Of a DNA stretch of 64,000 nt, positions 1 through 10,096 are shown piece by piece. The stretch comes from an uncultured delta proteobacterium. GTDB taxonomy: Bacteria > Desulfobacterota > Syntrophobacteria > Syntrophobacterales > Syntrophobacteraceae. The position numbers and the translations under genes are program-made. The stretch is from positions 64,001 to 128,000 of the forward strand of contig CAWEHK010000051.1 of assembly GCA_963808625.1 (NCBI GenBank), written 5' to 3'. The stretch's first letter is position 1. Every line of letters begins with the position of its first letter. A model generated the notes under the pieces. The model was given only the letters and a program-made list of their open reading frames with translations, ran no database searches and had not been told where the DNA came from.

Positions 1-1904
1 ATCCTGGACCAGCTCGGCTCCCATATAAAAGCCGGTAAAGAACAGGGTGAATTTTTTATTGAAGTCCAACTCAATCCCTCCGGTCAGGTCCCACTGGGGT
101 ACATAAGGAACGGTGTCGGTGCCGAGGATCTCTTCGTAGGCTGGATCCCGCAGTTCCCTTTGGGTGTAATAAACAAGATTCGTGTAAGGCCTTAAGTGCA
201 TGGGCAGGTCACAAACCGTGAAAGGCTGTCGGTAACTCAAAGTGCCTTCAAAGGCAGAGTAGATGGCTCCCTCCACATTTTGGAAGGTTGTCCAGGTGCA
301 GTCCCCCTTGACACAAGCGGGAAAACCGGATGAGATGGCATCCTTGTAGTTCGTATAGAACCACCCCAATCCACCATGGAAGCCAGCGTATTCAACATCG
401 GCTCCGATGTCGTAGGTGGTGCTTGTTTCGGGGCTGAGGGAGGGGTTTCCAACGACCTTCATCCACGACCCGCTCTGATAGCTCCCTGAGAGCTCGTCTG
501 CGGTGGGGGCGCGAAAGCCGGTGCCCACCGCGGCGCGGCCGGTCAGCCAGTCGAGGAAAGAGTAGGTGAGACCGGTGCGCCAACTGGTGTGATTAAAACT
601 CTCGCTTTGGGAGACCACATCGAGCCCCTCTGTCGGCTTAATTTCCTCGTTAAAAAGATCGTAGCGGGCCCCCAGGAACAGCGTCAGCTTGTTCCACACG
701 ATTTTTTGTTCTGCCAGCAGCGCATAATTGTCATAGTGGCTGTCCGGGCTGTAGCTGAAACCGGAGGGCTGGGTGGAGTTGTTGACGCCGATGCCATCCC
801 ACTGGAAACCCAGCAGCAACCTGCCCGAAGGAGAAGGTGGGAAGACTGAACGGCTTCGTACCCCCTGGGTGTCCGTTTCGGTGGTTGTGGAGGTGTAACC
901 GTAGGTCGCCAGGGGATAGTCCCACGTCGGTTTATCAAGCACGTTGTAGTAGCTCAGGTGCCAGTTGAGGTCACAGTCGGGGAAAACCCCGTCGTAGGCC
1001 ACTGACCCGTATCCCCGGTAAGGATGCCTTTGTTGTCGGTGTCGTCGGTGGGAAGATAGGTGGGATCGGGGGTCCCGATGTCAAACCCACGATAATAGTT
1101 CCCTACCGCAGAAAAGGTGTGGTCCGGATGAGGAGTTGCCAGAAGGCTCAACGAATAGGCTTCATCGTTGTAGCCGGTATTCGGGACCTTGGTTCCGCCT
1201 CCCATGTCGTAGCTGTCTTGACGAATGGTTCTGCCGGTGAACGAGAATCCCACCTTGTCGTTGAACAGACCTCCGGAAGCACCTCCATAGCCTTTGATAT
1301 AATTCCAACTGCCGCCCTCGACACCGCCATTGACGGAGGGGGTGCCTTTCCCCTTACGGGTGATCAGGTTCACCACGCCGCCCATGGCTGCCGATCCATA
1401 GATGACCGACCCGGGACCGCGCACGATTTCAATTCTTTCGACATTTTCCAGGGGAAGGACCGCGACATTCCCGGTCCCCGCGCGGTGGCCGTCAATGAGC
1501 ACCAGGACGTGGCCTTTGATGTCCGAGCCGGTGGTATTGGTTCGGAAGCCCCGGATGCTGACGGATGAGAGGGCGCCCGGGTATTTCTGCATGGGTTCCG
1601 GAAGGTATTCGGTCAGGAGTTCCGACAAATCATTGGCGCGGGATTCTTCGATTTCCTTTCTCGAAATGACTTGAACAGGAACGGGAACCTCTTTCGTTGG
1701 TGTGGGCAGGAGCGTTGCCGTGACCACCATCTCTTCCAGGTTGGCCTGGGCTGAGCCGCCATGGCTCTTGGCGGCCGACGGAGCGGCGGACCCGGATGCG
1801 ACGGTCGGTGACGGTGGGGAAGAAACCTCTTGAGCTGAGCACATCGAGCACATGCCAAAGAGCAACGCAACGCCAAGTGACAGAGAGACAACCGTTTTAA
1901 ACAT
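1..1904 (-). CDS. TonB-dependent receptor (BtuB-like, cobalamin/cobalt uptake); frameshifted, runs off window start
   Basis: Signal peptide, TonB box (EEMVVTA) and plug motifs (SIRG, VLVLIDG, ERIEIVRGPGSVIYGSAAMGGVVNLIT). ATG at 1904 follows GAGGAGG. Barrel-like sequence continues in shifted frames to position 1. Lies downstream of a B12 riboswitch. Confidence 0.85.
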
Positions 1905-1949
1905 GAAACCTCCTCTTCCCCCCTCGGGGATACGGTTAAGGTCTGACAT

Positions 1950-2115
1950 CGCTCAGGTCTTCTGGCTCTCGTTCATCCTACTCACCGCGCCTTCCCATTA
2001 CGCCTTGAGCGTCACAGTGGCATTCTGCGGTTTTCGTCCCGATTACAGTCGCGGGGCGGCGGAAGCTTCCCACTTCCTTCCCTTGAATCGATGCAGTGTT
2101 TCCAATGCCTATGGT
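1950..2115 (-). ncRNA. Cobalamin riboswitch (internal, upstream of TonB receptor)
   Basis: Minus strand has GGGAA...GCCCCGCGACTGTA...GCCACTG...GGGAAGGC...AGCCAGAAGACCTG (B12 box). Confidence 0.88.
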
Positions 2116-2137
2116 TCGTGCTTCGTGTATCTACAAT

Positions 2138-3019
2138 CTAAAGATGAGAATATGCCTCCCGTAGATGATCCAACCATACGTCCACGATCTCAGGATATTC
2201 GCCTGTTCCCTTGATGGTAATCTCACACTGATAGCCATTTTTTGTGAGAATCGATTTCCAGCTGTCCGGCCTATCCCCGGCCATATCGTTCATTGCATGG
2301 TCTCCGGCTACCAGCATGAAAGGCATGAGGTAGGTCTTCTTGCTCTTCTTCTCCTGCAGCTTGGGCAAGAGATCATTGAGGGAGGGATATCCATCGACGG
2401 TCGCTATCCAGACATTGGGATCGAGCTCGGATAGAATCTGGTTCATCGCAACGTAGAGAGCGTCAGACGGATGTTTTTCGCTGCCATGCCCCATGAGCAG
2501 GACAACATCCTCCGGCTTCCTGCCGGCCGGAATGTTCTTGAGCATGGCTTTGGCCACTCGCACCATATCGTCGTGCGAAGAGAGCAAAGGCCGCGCGACA
2601 ACGATTTTCTCGAAACCGCCCGCCATCTGGGCAAAGAGGTGAGCATTCTGATAAAGGTTATGAAATTCCTCGCCCGGAATGGTCTGCAAAGAAAGTATGG
2701 CCACATGGGTGTAGCCTTCATCCATGAGCTTTGCCAAGGCGGTTTCGGGAGAATCCAGGACTTTGCCTTCTTTGGCCAGCTTGGTCCTGACAATGGTTGA
2801 GGTGTAGGCCCACCGAATTTCGACTCCGGGAAAAGCCTGCTTTGCCTTGGTATCGATTTGGTCAAAAACCTTTTGGGCTTCGGGAACCGTTGTTCCGAAC
2901 GCTGCCATCAGAATGGCTTTTTTCGGAGCGCGCTTTTCACCGTGCGCCGCAAAACAGGTGGCTGCTGCCAGCGCCATCCAGGCGATCCATAACACTGTGA
3001 ACAGACATCTCTTACACAT
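2138..3019 (-). CDS. cbiK: Sirohydrochlorin cobaltochelatase CbiK, periplasmic type with signal peptide
   Basis: AILMAAFGTT, IPGEEF, LMGHGSEKH and PFMLVAGDHAMNDMAG motifs; N-terminal signal peptide. Confidence 0.92.
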   Translation of the reverse strand: MCKRCLFTVLWIAWMALAAATCFAAHGEKRAPKKAILMAAFGTTVPEAQKVFDQIDTKAKQAFPGVEIRWAYTSTIVRTKLAKEGKVLDSPETALAKLMDEGYTHVAILSLQTIPGEEFHNLYQNAHLFAQMAGGFEKIVVARPLLSSHDDMVRVAKAMLKNIPAGRKPEDVVLLMGHGSEKHPSDALYVAMNQILSELDPNVWIATVDGYPSLNDLLPKLQEKKSKKTYLMPFMLVAGDHAMNDMAGDRPDSWKSILTKNGYQCEITIKGTGEYPEIVDVWLDHLREAYSHL

Positions 3020-3087
3020 TGCTTCATCTCCCCTTCAGAAAAGGTTTTCTCTTCACTCCACCATGGACACTTTCGAGGTCGGTTCGG

Positions 3088-3345
3088 TCATCCGCAGAGC
3101 CGCAAAGCCGTTCCGTAGGGTTCGAGCTTGCCGCAGGCACCATTATAAGCGGCTTTCATGCACGAAATGTGATGCATCCCCCGAGTGATCATGTGCCACC
3201 AACTGTAGGCAATTTCATCTTCCGATGTCGCCACACAGATGGCGGAGGCTCCCAATGAGTTAAGCTGCTCCCTGAAATCCGGCCAGTCCTCCTTGTGGAT
3301 CTCCTCTTTCCCTTCAGTAACATAAAGAATTAGCCCTTTCTTCAT
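3088..3345 (-). CDS. Small hypothetical protein (85 aa), first gene of the B12-regulated operon
   Basis: ATG at 3345 with GAAAGGAGGTGG RBS; MKKGLILYVTEG...; lies between riboswitch and cbiK. Confidence 0.7.
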   Translation of the reverse strand: MKKGLILYVTEGKEEIHKEDWPDFREQLNSLGASAICVATSEDEIAYSWWHMITRGMHHISCMKAAYNGACGKLEPYGTALRLCG

Positions 3346-3561
3346 GAACCACCTCCTTTCATGAGGTTTGGCACCCGGCAGCAAGGTTGCTCTCGGGCGG
3401 TCACAGAGTTGGTGAAACCGATGCGGGCAAGATGTACCCATGAGGGTTCCTTCACTCCCCCAAAAAAAAATCCCTAGAGCTAGAAGCCCTAAGGATTGCA
3501 CCCTGGTTCACTTGATCCTTCAGCGGTTCATCGGATATCGCTCGTACCGATTCCCCAAAAC

Positions 3562-3735
3562 CACCTCAGGCAGGTTTTCTGGCTCACGGATCATCCTACT
3601 CTCCGCGCCTTCCCATCTCGCACTCGCGAAACAGTGGCTCTCACCGGATTTCGTCCCCGTTCACAGCGGCGGGACCGCTCCCGAATCTCACGGGATTCCC
3701 TATTAAACTCAAGTACCTGATGGTTCGTCAGTAAT
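3562..3735 (-). ncRNA. Cobalamin riboswitch (operon leader)
   Basis: Minus strand has AATAGGGAATCCCGTGAGATTCGGGAGCGGTCCCGCCGCTGT...GCCACTG...GGGAAGGC...GAGCCAGAAAACCTGCC. Confidence 0.92.
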
Positions 3736-3744
3736 GTGTCGCCC

Positions 3745-3773
3745 TTCATATATGGCGTTAAAGACGGTGTCAA
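3745..3773 (-). promoter_or_regulatory. Putative sigma70 promoter for the B12 operon
   Basis: TTGACA-17 nt-TATGAA on minus strand immediately upstream of the riboswitch. Confidence 0.55.
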
Positions 3774-4134
3774 GCATTAAAAGCGGCATTTTGCTTGGCA
3801 GAATAAGAACGCTGGTCGGTCTTCACTCTCCTGGGCCATAATGGGTATCGACATTCGCAGGTCCCGGAGGCGTAGGTTTCGAAGAACTTGCAGACGGGAG
3901 ACATGGTCTGGAGAAGCACCAAATCGCATGGAACGGGAAAGTTGCCACGGAAATTATCGAGCACCTGGAAAGACGCCGGACGGAGGTAAGGTTAAAGTGG
4001 CTTTTTTGGACGCGCTCTCAGCTGTTGCGAACGATGGGGGACGTTGGTGAGATTGCTTCCGCCCGCAAAACTGCTTATCTTCGCGAAGAAGAGGAAACTG
4101 AAGTAGATGGGGCCTATGAAAATTTTATTCCTTT

Positions 4135-4255
4135 GAGGCTCTTGCAGAACTCTCCAATTCCGTCACCGCGGCGAAAGCCGGGGTCCAGAAATTCACGAAA
4201 AACCTGGATTCCGGCGTTCGCCGGAATGACGCCCAGGGATTTTTGCAAGGGGCTC
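4135..4255. repeat. REP/MITE-like palindromic element, copy 1
   Basis: Core GTCACCGCGGCGAAAGCCGGGGTCCAG...CTGGATTCCGGCGTTCGCCGGAATGAC inside an outer inverted repeat (GAGGCTCTTGCAGAA / TTTTGCAAGGGGCTC). Related copy at 41080. Confidence 0.7.
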
Positions 4256-4275
4256 CTTTATAAAGGAGGATTGCC

Positions 4276-5122
4276 ATGACCAAGCATTACAACACAGCCC
4301 TGGTGCTTCTTGCCGTAATCGTAAGTCTAAGCGCCCTTGTTCTCTCGCGGGCCGAGACCGTTCCCATTCCGCCCGGCGAGGCTGGGGCCAAAGCCGCACT
4401 GGACACCTCGGTACGCCACCACGAATGGGTCAAGATCGGCGTCCCCGGCACCGAGGTGAAATTGAACACTTTCATCGCCTACCCGGAGCGTAAGGACAAG
4501 GCACCCGTGGTGGTTGTGATCCACGAGGTGTACGGACTTACCGACTGGATCCGAGCCGTGGCCGACCAGTTGGCCGGAGATGGGTTCATTGCCATCGCTC
4601 CCGATCTGCTCTCAGGCCGGGGACCCGGCGGCGGCGGGACCGAAGCGTTCGCCAGTCGCGATGATGTCGTTAAAGCTGTAAGAGACCTTTCGGCGCCGGA
4701 CGTGGTGACCATGCTGAATGCGGTAAGCAGTTACGGAACCAACCTGCCGGCCGCAACCCAGAAGTTCGCGACGGTCGGTTTCTGCTGGGGCGGCGCCCAG
4801 AGTTTTTACTACACAACGGCGCAGCCCAAGCCTCAGCGCAGCGGTAGTCTATTACGGCACGTCCCCGTCTGCGGAGGCTCTGGCGGAGGTCCGTGCACCG
4901 ATAATCGGCTTTTACGGTGAGGACGATGCTCGCGTCACCACCACGGTAGGTCCTGCGGCAGAGAAGATGAAAGCGCTCGAAAAGGAATACGTCACCCACA
5001 TCTACAAGGGTGCGGGACATGGTTTTCTGCGGGCACAGGAAGAACGCAGTGGGGCGAACCTGGAGGCTTCACGACAAGCGTGGCCCGCTACCATTGAATT
5101 TCTGAGGAAGCATCTGGAGTAG
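4276..5122 (+). CDS. Dienelactone hydrolase family protein (secreted); frameshift near 4830
   Basis: VVVIHEVYGL and GFCWGG nucleophile motif; YKGAGHGF in the shifted frame ending at TAG 5120-5122. Confidence 0.85.
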
Positions 5123-5167
5123 ACACGAGCTTGTTTCAGCTTGGTTGAAAAGATAGCGGAGCAAGAT

Positions 5168-5485
5168 TCAGGCGACCTCAATGCCATGCTCCCTGATTTC
5201 ATGAATCAGAGGAACCCAGGTGTCGTGAAGGTAGGAATCGGTTGACACCGGCACCGGATGCAACCGGGGATCAATCCGCCAGGCAAGCTGCATGAGCATC
5301 TTGCCTTCATTGAATCGATCTCGCCCGAAGTCGGTGGAGACTACAGCAATATCAAAGTCGCTATCCTCTGACTGCATACCTGAGGCAAAGGAACCGTAAA
5401 GCAACGCCTTGTCAACATGCACGCCGCGCGACGCAAGTGCAGCAACTAACCGTTTCACTATGTCACGGATTTCTTGCGTAACCAT
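5168..5485 (-). CDS. Minimal nucleotidyltransferase (MNT-type antitoxin)
   Basis: LYGSFASG...SDFDIAVVS motif; ~105 aa. Confidence 0.82.
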   Translation of the reverse strand: MVTQEIRDIVKRLVAALASRGVHVDKALLYGSFASGMQSEDSDFDIAVVSTDFGRDRFNEGKMLMQLAWRIDPRLHPVPVSTDSYLHDTWVPLIHEIREHGIEVA

Positions 5486-5560
5486 TAATAAACCTTCTTG
5501 ATTTGGGCGAACTTCTCTTTCGCGAATTCCCGTGTGCATTTCTGGCAGAATTCCGTCTTC
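5459..5560 (-). pseudogene. Remnant 3' end of a HEPN-domain toxin gene
   Basis: Minus frame reads KTEFCQKCTREFAKEKFAQIKKVY*WLRKKSVT*, resembling HEPN C-termini and overlapping the MNT start. It has an internal stop and no recognisable 5' part. Confidence 0.5.
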
Positions 5561-5906
5561 TATGTCCGCAGTCATCGGTCATACCACGCATGCCGCCGTG
5601 GCACCAGAAAACAGCCAACGTAGCTCTTCGAATGGTTCATAAGACAAGTGCCAAAGCCCGTTGTGACAAGAGGGGGAAAGACCTGACGTTCGCATCTCGA
5701 TCCTCATTGTTAGTTACTCGCGTGTGGACATGATTTTCACGACACAGAGGAACGTGGAAAAGTGCCCCGGCGCTATCATTGCATATCCGGGAAAACTACC
5801 CTATTTCCCAAAAGCTGATGCTACAAATTCAGACACTTATCTCTGCCCACGTAGCTAAAAAAGGCGGAGCCTGTATGCTGAGTTGGGAAATCGCTACGGC
5901 CAACGG

Positions 5907-6269
5907 TCACGCGCTTTGTCTCTGCCTTGGATGTTTTTTGAGCCATTCGCGCAAAACCTGGTTCAAACGAGTCTGCCATCCGTGCCCAGTGGCCTTAAAG
6001 GCTGCCAGAACGTCGGCGTCCAGGCGGATTGTTGTGGAGATTTTGGTGGTGGTAGCCTTGGGGCGGCCTGGCCGAAGTGCCTTGCGAAAGGCTGCCTTGC
6101 TTTCCTCCGTCGGGACTTCCACCCCGGCGACGAACCATCGCCCACGCTCGGCTGGTTCATCGGTCAGCTCAGGGATCTCCTCATATTCATCGGGTTGGAT
6201 CTCATGGGCATCTACCCTTTCAAGATCACTACCCAAGGAGCGAATGGAATCGTTTGCTTTCTCGTTCAT
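5907..6269 (-). CDS. brnA: BrnA family antitoxin
   Basis: EIPELTD...GRP...TIRLDADVLAAFKATGHGWQTRLNQVLREW. Confidence 0.88.
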   Translation of the reverse strand: MNEKANDSIRSLGSDLERVDAHEIQPDEYEEIPELTDEPAERGRWFVAGVEVPTEESKAAFRKALRPGRPKATTTKISTTIRLDADVLAAFKATGHGWQTRLNQVLREWLKKHPRQRQSA

Positions 6270-6501
6270 TGGCTTTCCTCATGGAGAAAACGTGGCGGGC
6301 ATCGCCGCGTTCGACATAACCAATCACCACCAGGCGTCCTTCAAGCAAGCCGTAACAGATGATGCGCCGCTCTCCATAGTCTCTCCGGGTGTCTACGAAC
6401 TCGAAGGTCGGCCCGGAGAACACGCAGCGAGCATCTTCAAAATCGAGACCTCGATCCCGAAAAACTTTCTCACGCTTGGCCGGATCGTACGTTATTTTCA
6501 T
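6229..6501 (-). CDS. brnT: BrnT family toxin (ribonuclease)
   Basis: YDPAK...RGLDFEDA...DYGERR...HVFSMRKANERE; overlaps brnA. Confidence 0.9.
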   Translation of the reverse strand: MKITYDPAKREKVFRDRGLDFEDARCVFSGPTFEFVDTRRDYGERRIICYGLLEGRLVVIGYVERGDARHVFSMRKANERESKRFHSLLG

Positions 6502-6853
6502 GACGATTTATTGTAATAACAATAATTCACGGATGCAAGGTCGATTTATGGCTGTTATCAAGGCACCGAAGAAGCTCGCCAGTTTGCAGGGGAACAAAAT
6601 GCCAATTTATAGTGCAACAGACGATATCGCCATGGATATCCTATTAAATTCACACGCTCTTCTTTCAGGTACTGCAGAAGATCAGTTTGAGAAGCCTTTC
6701 GATTGCCAGATGACCAAAGAACCGTGCACAAAGGTAATTCTTCGGGCGCAAAGGGGGTTCACGAGGGTAACAGAAGCCTCCTGATAGCCCATTCTTAACC
6801 TCTAACATCGCATTCTCACAGGAGAGATCATCGGCAAGCAGTGAAAAAATCTT

Positions 6854-6930
6854 TGGTCGGGACGACTGGATTTGAACCAGCGACCTCTGCGTCCCGAACG
6901 CAGCGCTCTACCAAGCTGAGCCACGTCCCG
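6854..6930 (-). tRNA. tRNA-Pro(CGG)
   Basis: CGGGACGTGGCTCAGCTTGGTAGAGCGCTGCGTTCGGGACGCAGAGGTCGCTGGTTCAAATCCAGTCGTCCCGACCA; cloverleaf, anticodon CGG, CCA end. Confidence 0.97.
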
Positions 6931-7086
6931 ACCGATTAATGTGGTCATTTAGCAGAAATGGACTTGGGTGTCTAGGTTTTTCGCAGGTTTTTCACTCTCA
7001 GGCCCCTTGCAATTCGATTCAGAGCACGGTTAGATTCCCCAAACAGGGTTAGAAGGACTGCGAAGTTTCAGCAGAGGACCGTGATT

Positions 7087-7140
7087 TGCTGGGCAGGGGC
7101 TTCCGGCGTTGGTATGGCAGGCTGGAAAGCCTGCCCCACA
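7087..7140. repeat. Degenerate REP-type palindrome
   Basis: GGCAGGCTGGAAAGCCTGCCCCAC hairpin; same style as the doublet at 19349. Confidence 0.5.
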
Positions 7141-7203
7141 CAGCTTGGTGCTTTGTTGAAGAACCGCTACCGTAATCATTGCTGTTTTGGCCTTCGGGAG
7201 GAA

Positions 7204-9192
7204 ATGATCGAAAAGATGGAAGAGGCGGTATCCTCAGAGCTGGTTTCTGAGTCTTCGGAGCGGCTTTCGGAGTCTTCCGAGCAGGTTTCGGGGTATTCAG
7301 AGCAGGCTTCGGAAGTCTCGGCGGCAGATGGCGAAGAGGCTCAATCGGCAGTAAGGAGGCCCATCCCTTGGCCTCCAGGATCGCTGCCATGCCCCATCTG
7401 CCGGGGGTGTATTTTTTTAAGGATGCGGAAGGTTCTATTCTTTATGTGGGGAAGGCCAAGGACCTGAGGAAGCGGACGACGAGTTATTTGCGAGGCTCCG
7501 TTTCGGGGGATATCAAGACCCGGGTATTTCTTGCAAAGGCCACTGATCTTGAATACATCGTGACCTCCGGCGAAAAGGAGGCGCTGCTCCTCGAGGCCAG
7601 CCTCATCAAGAAGCACCGTCCCCGCTACAATGTGATCCTGCGTGACGACAAGAATTATCCGGCGCTGCGCATCGATCCGCGCGAGCCCTTCCCGCGTCTG
7701 GACGTGGTGCGGCGGTTTCAAAAGGATAAAGCGCTCTACTTTGGCCCCTACCCTTCTGCGTACGCCGTTCGGGAAACCCTGAAGGTCCTGAACCAGCTCT
7801 TTCCCTTGCGCCATTGTAAGGGCAAGAAGTTGATGCCACGCGAAAGGCCTTGCCTCAATTATTCGCTTGGTCGGTGCCTCGGCGCCTGTGCCGGCAAGGT
7901 CACTCAGGAGGAATACCGGAAGGCGGTGGATGAAGTGGTGCTCTTTCTCCAGGGAAAGACCGACGCGCTGCAGCAGCAATTGCAGCAGCGCATGACCGAA
8001 GCCGCCGGCACCCTGGATTTTGAGCAGGCTGCCTGGTACCGGGACCGGCTGCAAGGGGTGGCGGCAGTACTGGAAAAACAGCGGATTGTCTCCGATCGTT
8101 TTCGCAACCAGGACGTTCTCGGGCTCCACCAGGAGGCTGGCCGCACCATCCTCTTTGCTCTCTTCATCCGGCAGGGAGTGTTGAACGGGAAGCGGGACTT
8201 CGACCTGAAGGAGGCCCAGGGCGAAAAGGATGAAATTCTACGATCCTTCATTCAGCAGTACTACAGTGAAGGTCGCTTTATCCCTGACGAAATCATCGTC
8301 CCGGTGCCTCTCGAAGACTCGCGAATGGTGGAAGAATGGCTGTCCGAAGCGAAGGCCAGGCGCGTTCGGATATTCCCACCCCGACGGGGCAATCGCCGCC
8401 ACTCTTCTCGATCTCGCCGAAAGCAACGCCCGGGAACGGTTCAACACCCTCCAAAAGCATCAAAAACGGGATGCGAGCATCATCGAGGGCCTTCAGCGCG
8501 TGCTGAAACTTCCGCAGCCCCCGAAGCGCATGGCCTGTGTCGATATTTCCAACATCCAGGGACTGCATGCCGTCGGCGCCATTGTCGTCTTTGCCGATGG
8601 CCGGCCGGATAAGGATTCGTACCGCCATTTCCGCATCGAGGGAAAAGATGAACCGGACGACCCGGCCATGATGGCTGAGGTGGTCGAACGATTTTTCCGC
8701 GATGATTCGGGGATCGCCTCAACCCTCGACCTCCTGGTGCTGGATGGAGGCAAAGGCCAGTTGAACCGGGTGATCCACCTGTTCAAAGAAATGGACCTGA
8801 CCACCCACCCACCAGTCGTCGCCCTTGCCAAAGAACAGGAGGCGGATCGCGGCCCCAAAGGGCGGGGGCTCTATGAAAAAGTCTACCTCCCCGGGCGCAA
8901 GAACCCGGTGTTTCTCTCCCGTTTCCCCGATGTCCTGCACCTCCTCCAGAGGCTGCGCGACGAAGCGCACCGCTTTGCCATCTCCCATTACAAAAACATT
9001 CATGGCCGGGAACTCCTCTCCTCGGCCCTGGACGCCATTCCGGGAGTGGCACGAAAACGCAAACAGGTGCTCCTCCAACATTTCGAAAGCATCGAAACAC
9101 TGAGGCAGGCCAGCCTGGAAGAGCTGCAGAAGATTCCCGGGATTTCGGAGAGGGTGGCGAAAGCGGTTGTGGGAGTGATGAGTGATGAGTGA
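7204..9192 (+). CDS. uvrC: Excinuclease ABC subunit C; frameshift near 8400 and probably near 7365 (start 7204 or 7368)
   Basis: GIY-YIG domain (PGVYFFKD...LYVGKAKDL, PRYNVILRDDKNYP), RNase H-like domain (DISN, DGGKGQL) and HhH C-terminus (LDAIPGV). Confidence 0.93.
7231..7314 (+). repeat. 21-bp tandem repeat x4 encoding an acidic Ser/Glu heptad (probable UvrC N-terminal extension)
   Basis: TCCTCAGAGCTGGTTTCTGAG / TCTTCGGAGCGGCTTTCGGAG / TCTTCCGAGCAGGTTTCGGGG / TATTCAGAGCAGGCTTCGGAA. Confidence 0.65.
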
Positions 9193-9290
9193 CGAGTGAT
9201 GAGTGATGAGTGACGAGTGATGAGTGATGAGTGACGAGTAATGAGTAGGGGGAGTTGGGAGTTAGGAGCAGGCAGTGGGCAGTAGGGAGC
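9173..9290 (+). repeat. Heptamer tandem array (GAGTGAY)n at the 3' end of uvrC
   Basis: About 10 clean units with GAT,GAT,GAC higher-order periodicity, then degenerate G-rich heptamers. Confidence 0.9.
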
Positions 9291-9396
9291 AAAGAGGCGG
9301 TGCGGGATGTGGGGAGCAGGAGATGATGTAGCAGGCATGAGGCGGAGAATATTTGTGGTGGACAGCGCGCATACGCAAGGTTTCACCTGGACCTGT

Positions 9397-9542
9397 TTCA
9401 CTCCTCACTGCACATCACACCTCGCTGGCCACTCTCACTCCTCATTCCCCACTCATCACTCATCACTCGTCCTCATCACTCTCACTCGTCACTCATCACT
9501 CGTCACTCATCACTCATCACTCGTTACTCATTACTCATCACT
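9397..9542 (-). repeat. Heptamer tandem array, reverse-complement orientation, at the 3' end of the DUF721 gene
   Basis: (ACTCATC/ACTCGTC/ACTCATT)n on the + strand. Confidence 0.88.
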
Positions 9543-10079
9543 TCCCAACGGCATTCGTTTAAGCAGGCGGGCCCCGATTTCCCTCAGGTCCGGGTCCTCA
9601 AGGGTCTTCAGCAGCGCTTTTTCCTCAGGTGTCAAGGGACGGCTGGGGGTTTTCTTTCTTTTCTTCTGGCGGGTCTTGCCCGTTCCGGCTTTCTCCGAAC
9701 CCGAATAATTCGGATTCAATTGTGGAGCGGCTTCCGATAGCTCGCCCACGCGCACGACGATCTTTTCTACCAGAGGATCGGTGCGCCCCAGGTTGATCTT
9801 TTCCATCAGGTGGCCTTTGTGCAGCTCCAGGTGATGCTTCCATACCGCGTCGTAGGCTGCAACCACCAGGACTTTTTGTTTAAGCGAACGGGGTTGGCAG
9901 TAGCGAGCCACCTGGTCTCCGACGAGTTCCTCCCAATCTCCCAGGGGATTGCTGGAAAAGGACGGATGCCGCGCAAGCACCAATCCCACCAGAGGACCCA
10001 ACAGCGAGCCACGCTCCTTGCCTTTTTGGTTCCCGGCTCGCGGCCGGTGGTTTTTGCGCTCAAAACGGTCCACGATCAT
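9531..10079 (-). CDS. DUF721/DciA family protein
   Basis: WEELVGDQVARYCQPRSLKQKVLVVAAYDAVWKHHL...LMEKIN...VEKIVVRVG pattern; basic C-terminal tail. Confidence 0.75.
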   Translation of the reverse strand: MIVDRFERKNHRPRAGNQKGKERGSLLGPLVGLVLARHPSFSSNPLGDWEELVGDQVARYCQPRSLKQKVLVVAAYDAVWKHHLELHKGHLMEKINLGRTDPLVEKIVVRVGELSEAAPQLNPNYSGSEKAGTGKTRQKKRKKTPSRPLTPEEKALLKTLEDPDLREIGARLLKRMPLGSDE

Positions 10080-10096
10080 TCCCCGCTCATTGGTCT

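Noticed and set aside
6540..6790. Possible gene between brnT and tRNA-Pro
   Set aside because: No recognisable motif or convincing RBS; probably a decayed fragment.
9173..9542. Possible CRISPR array
   Set aside because: These are 7-bp tandem units with no unique spacers, and there are no cas genes in the window.
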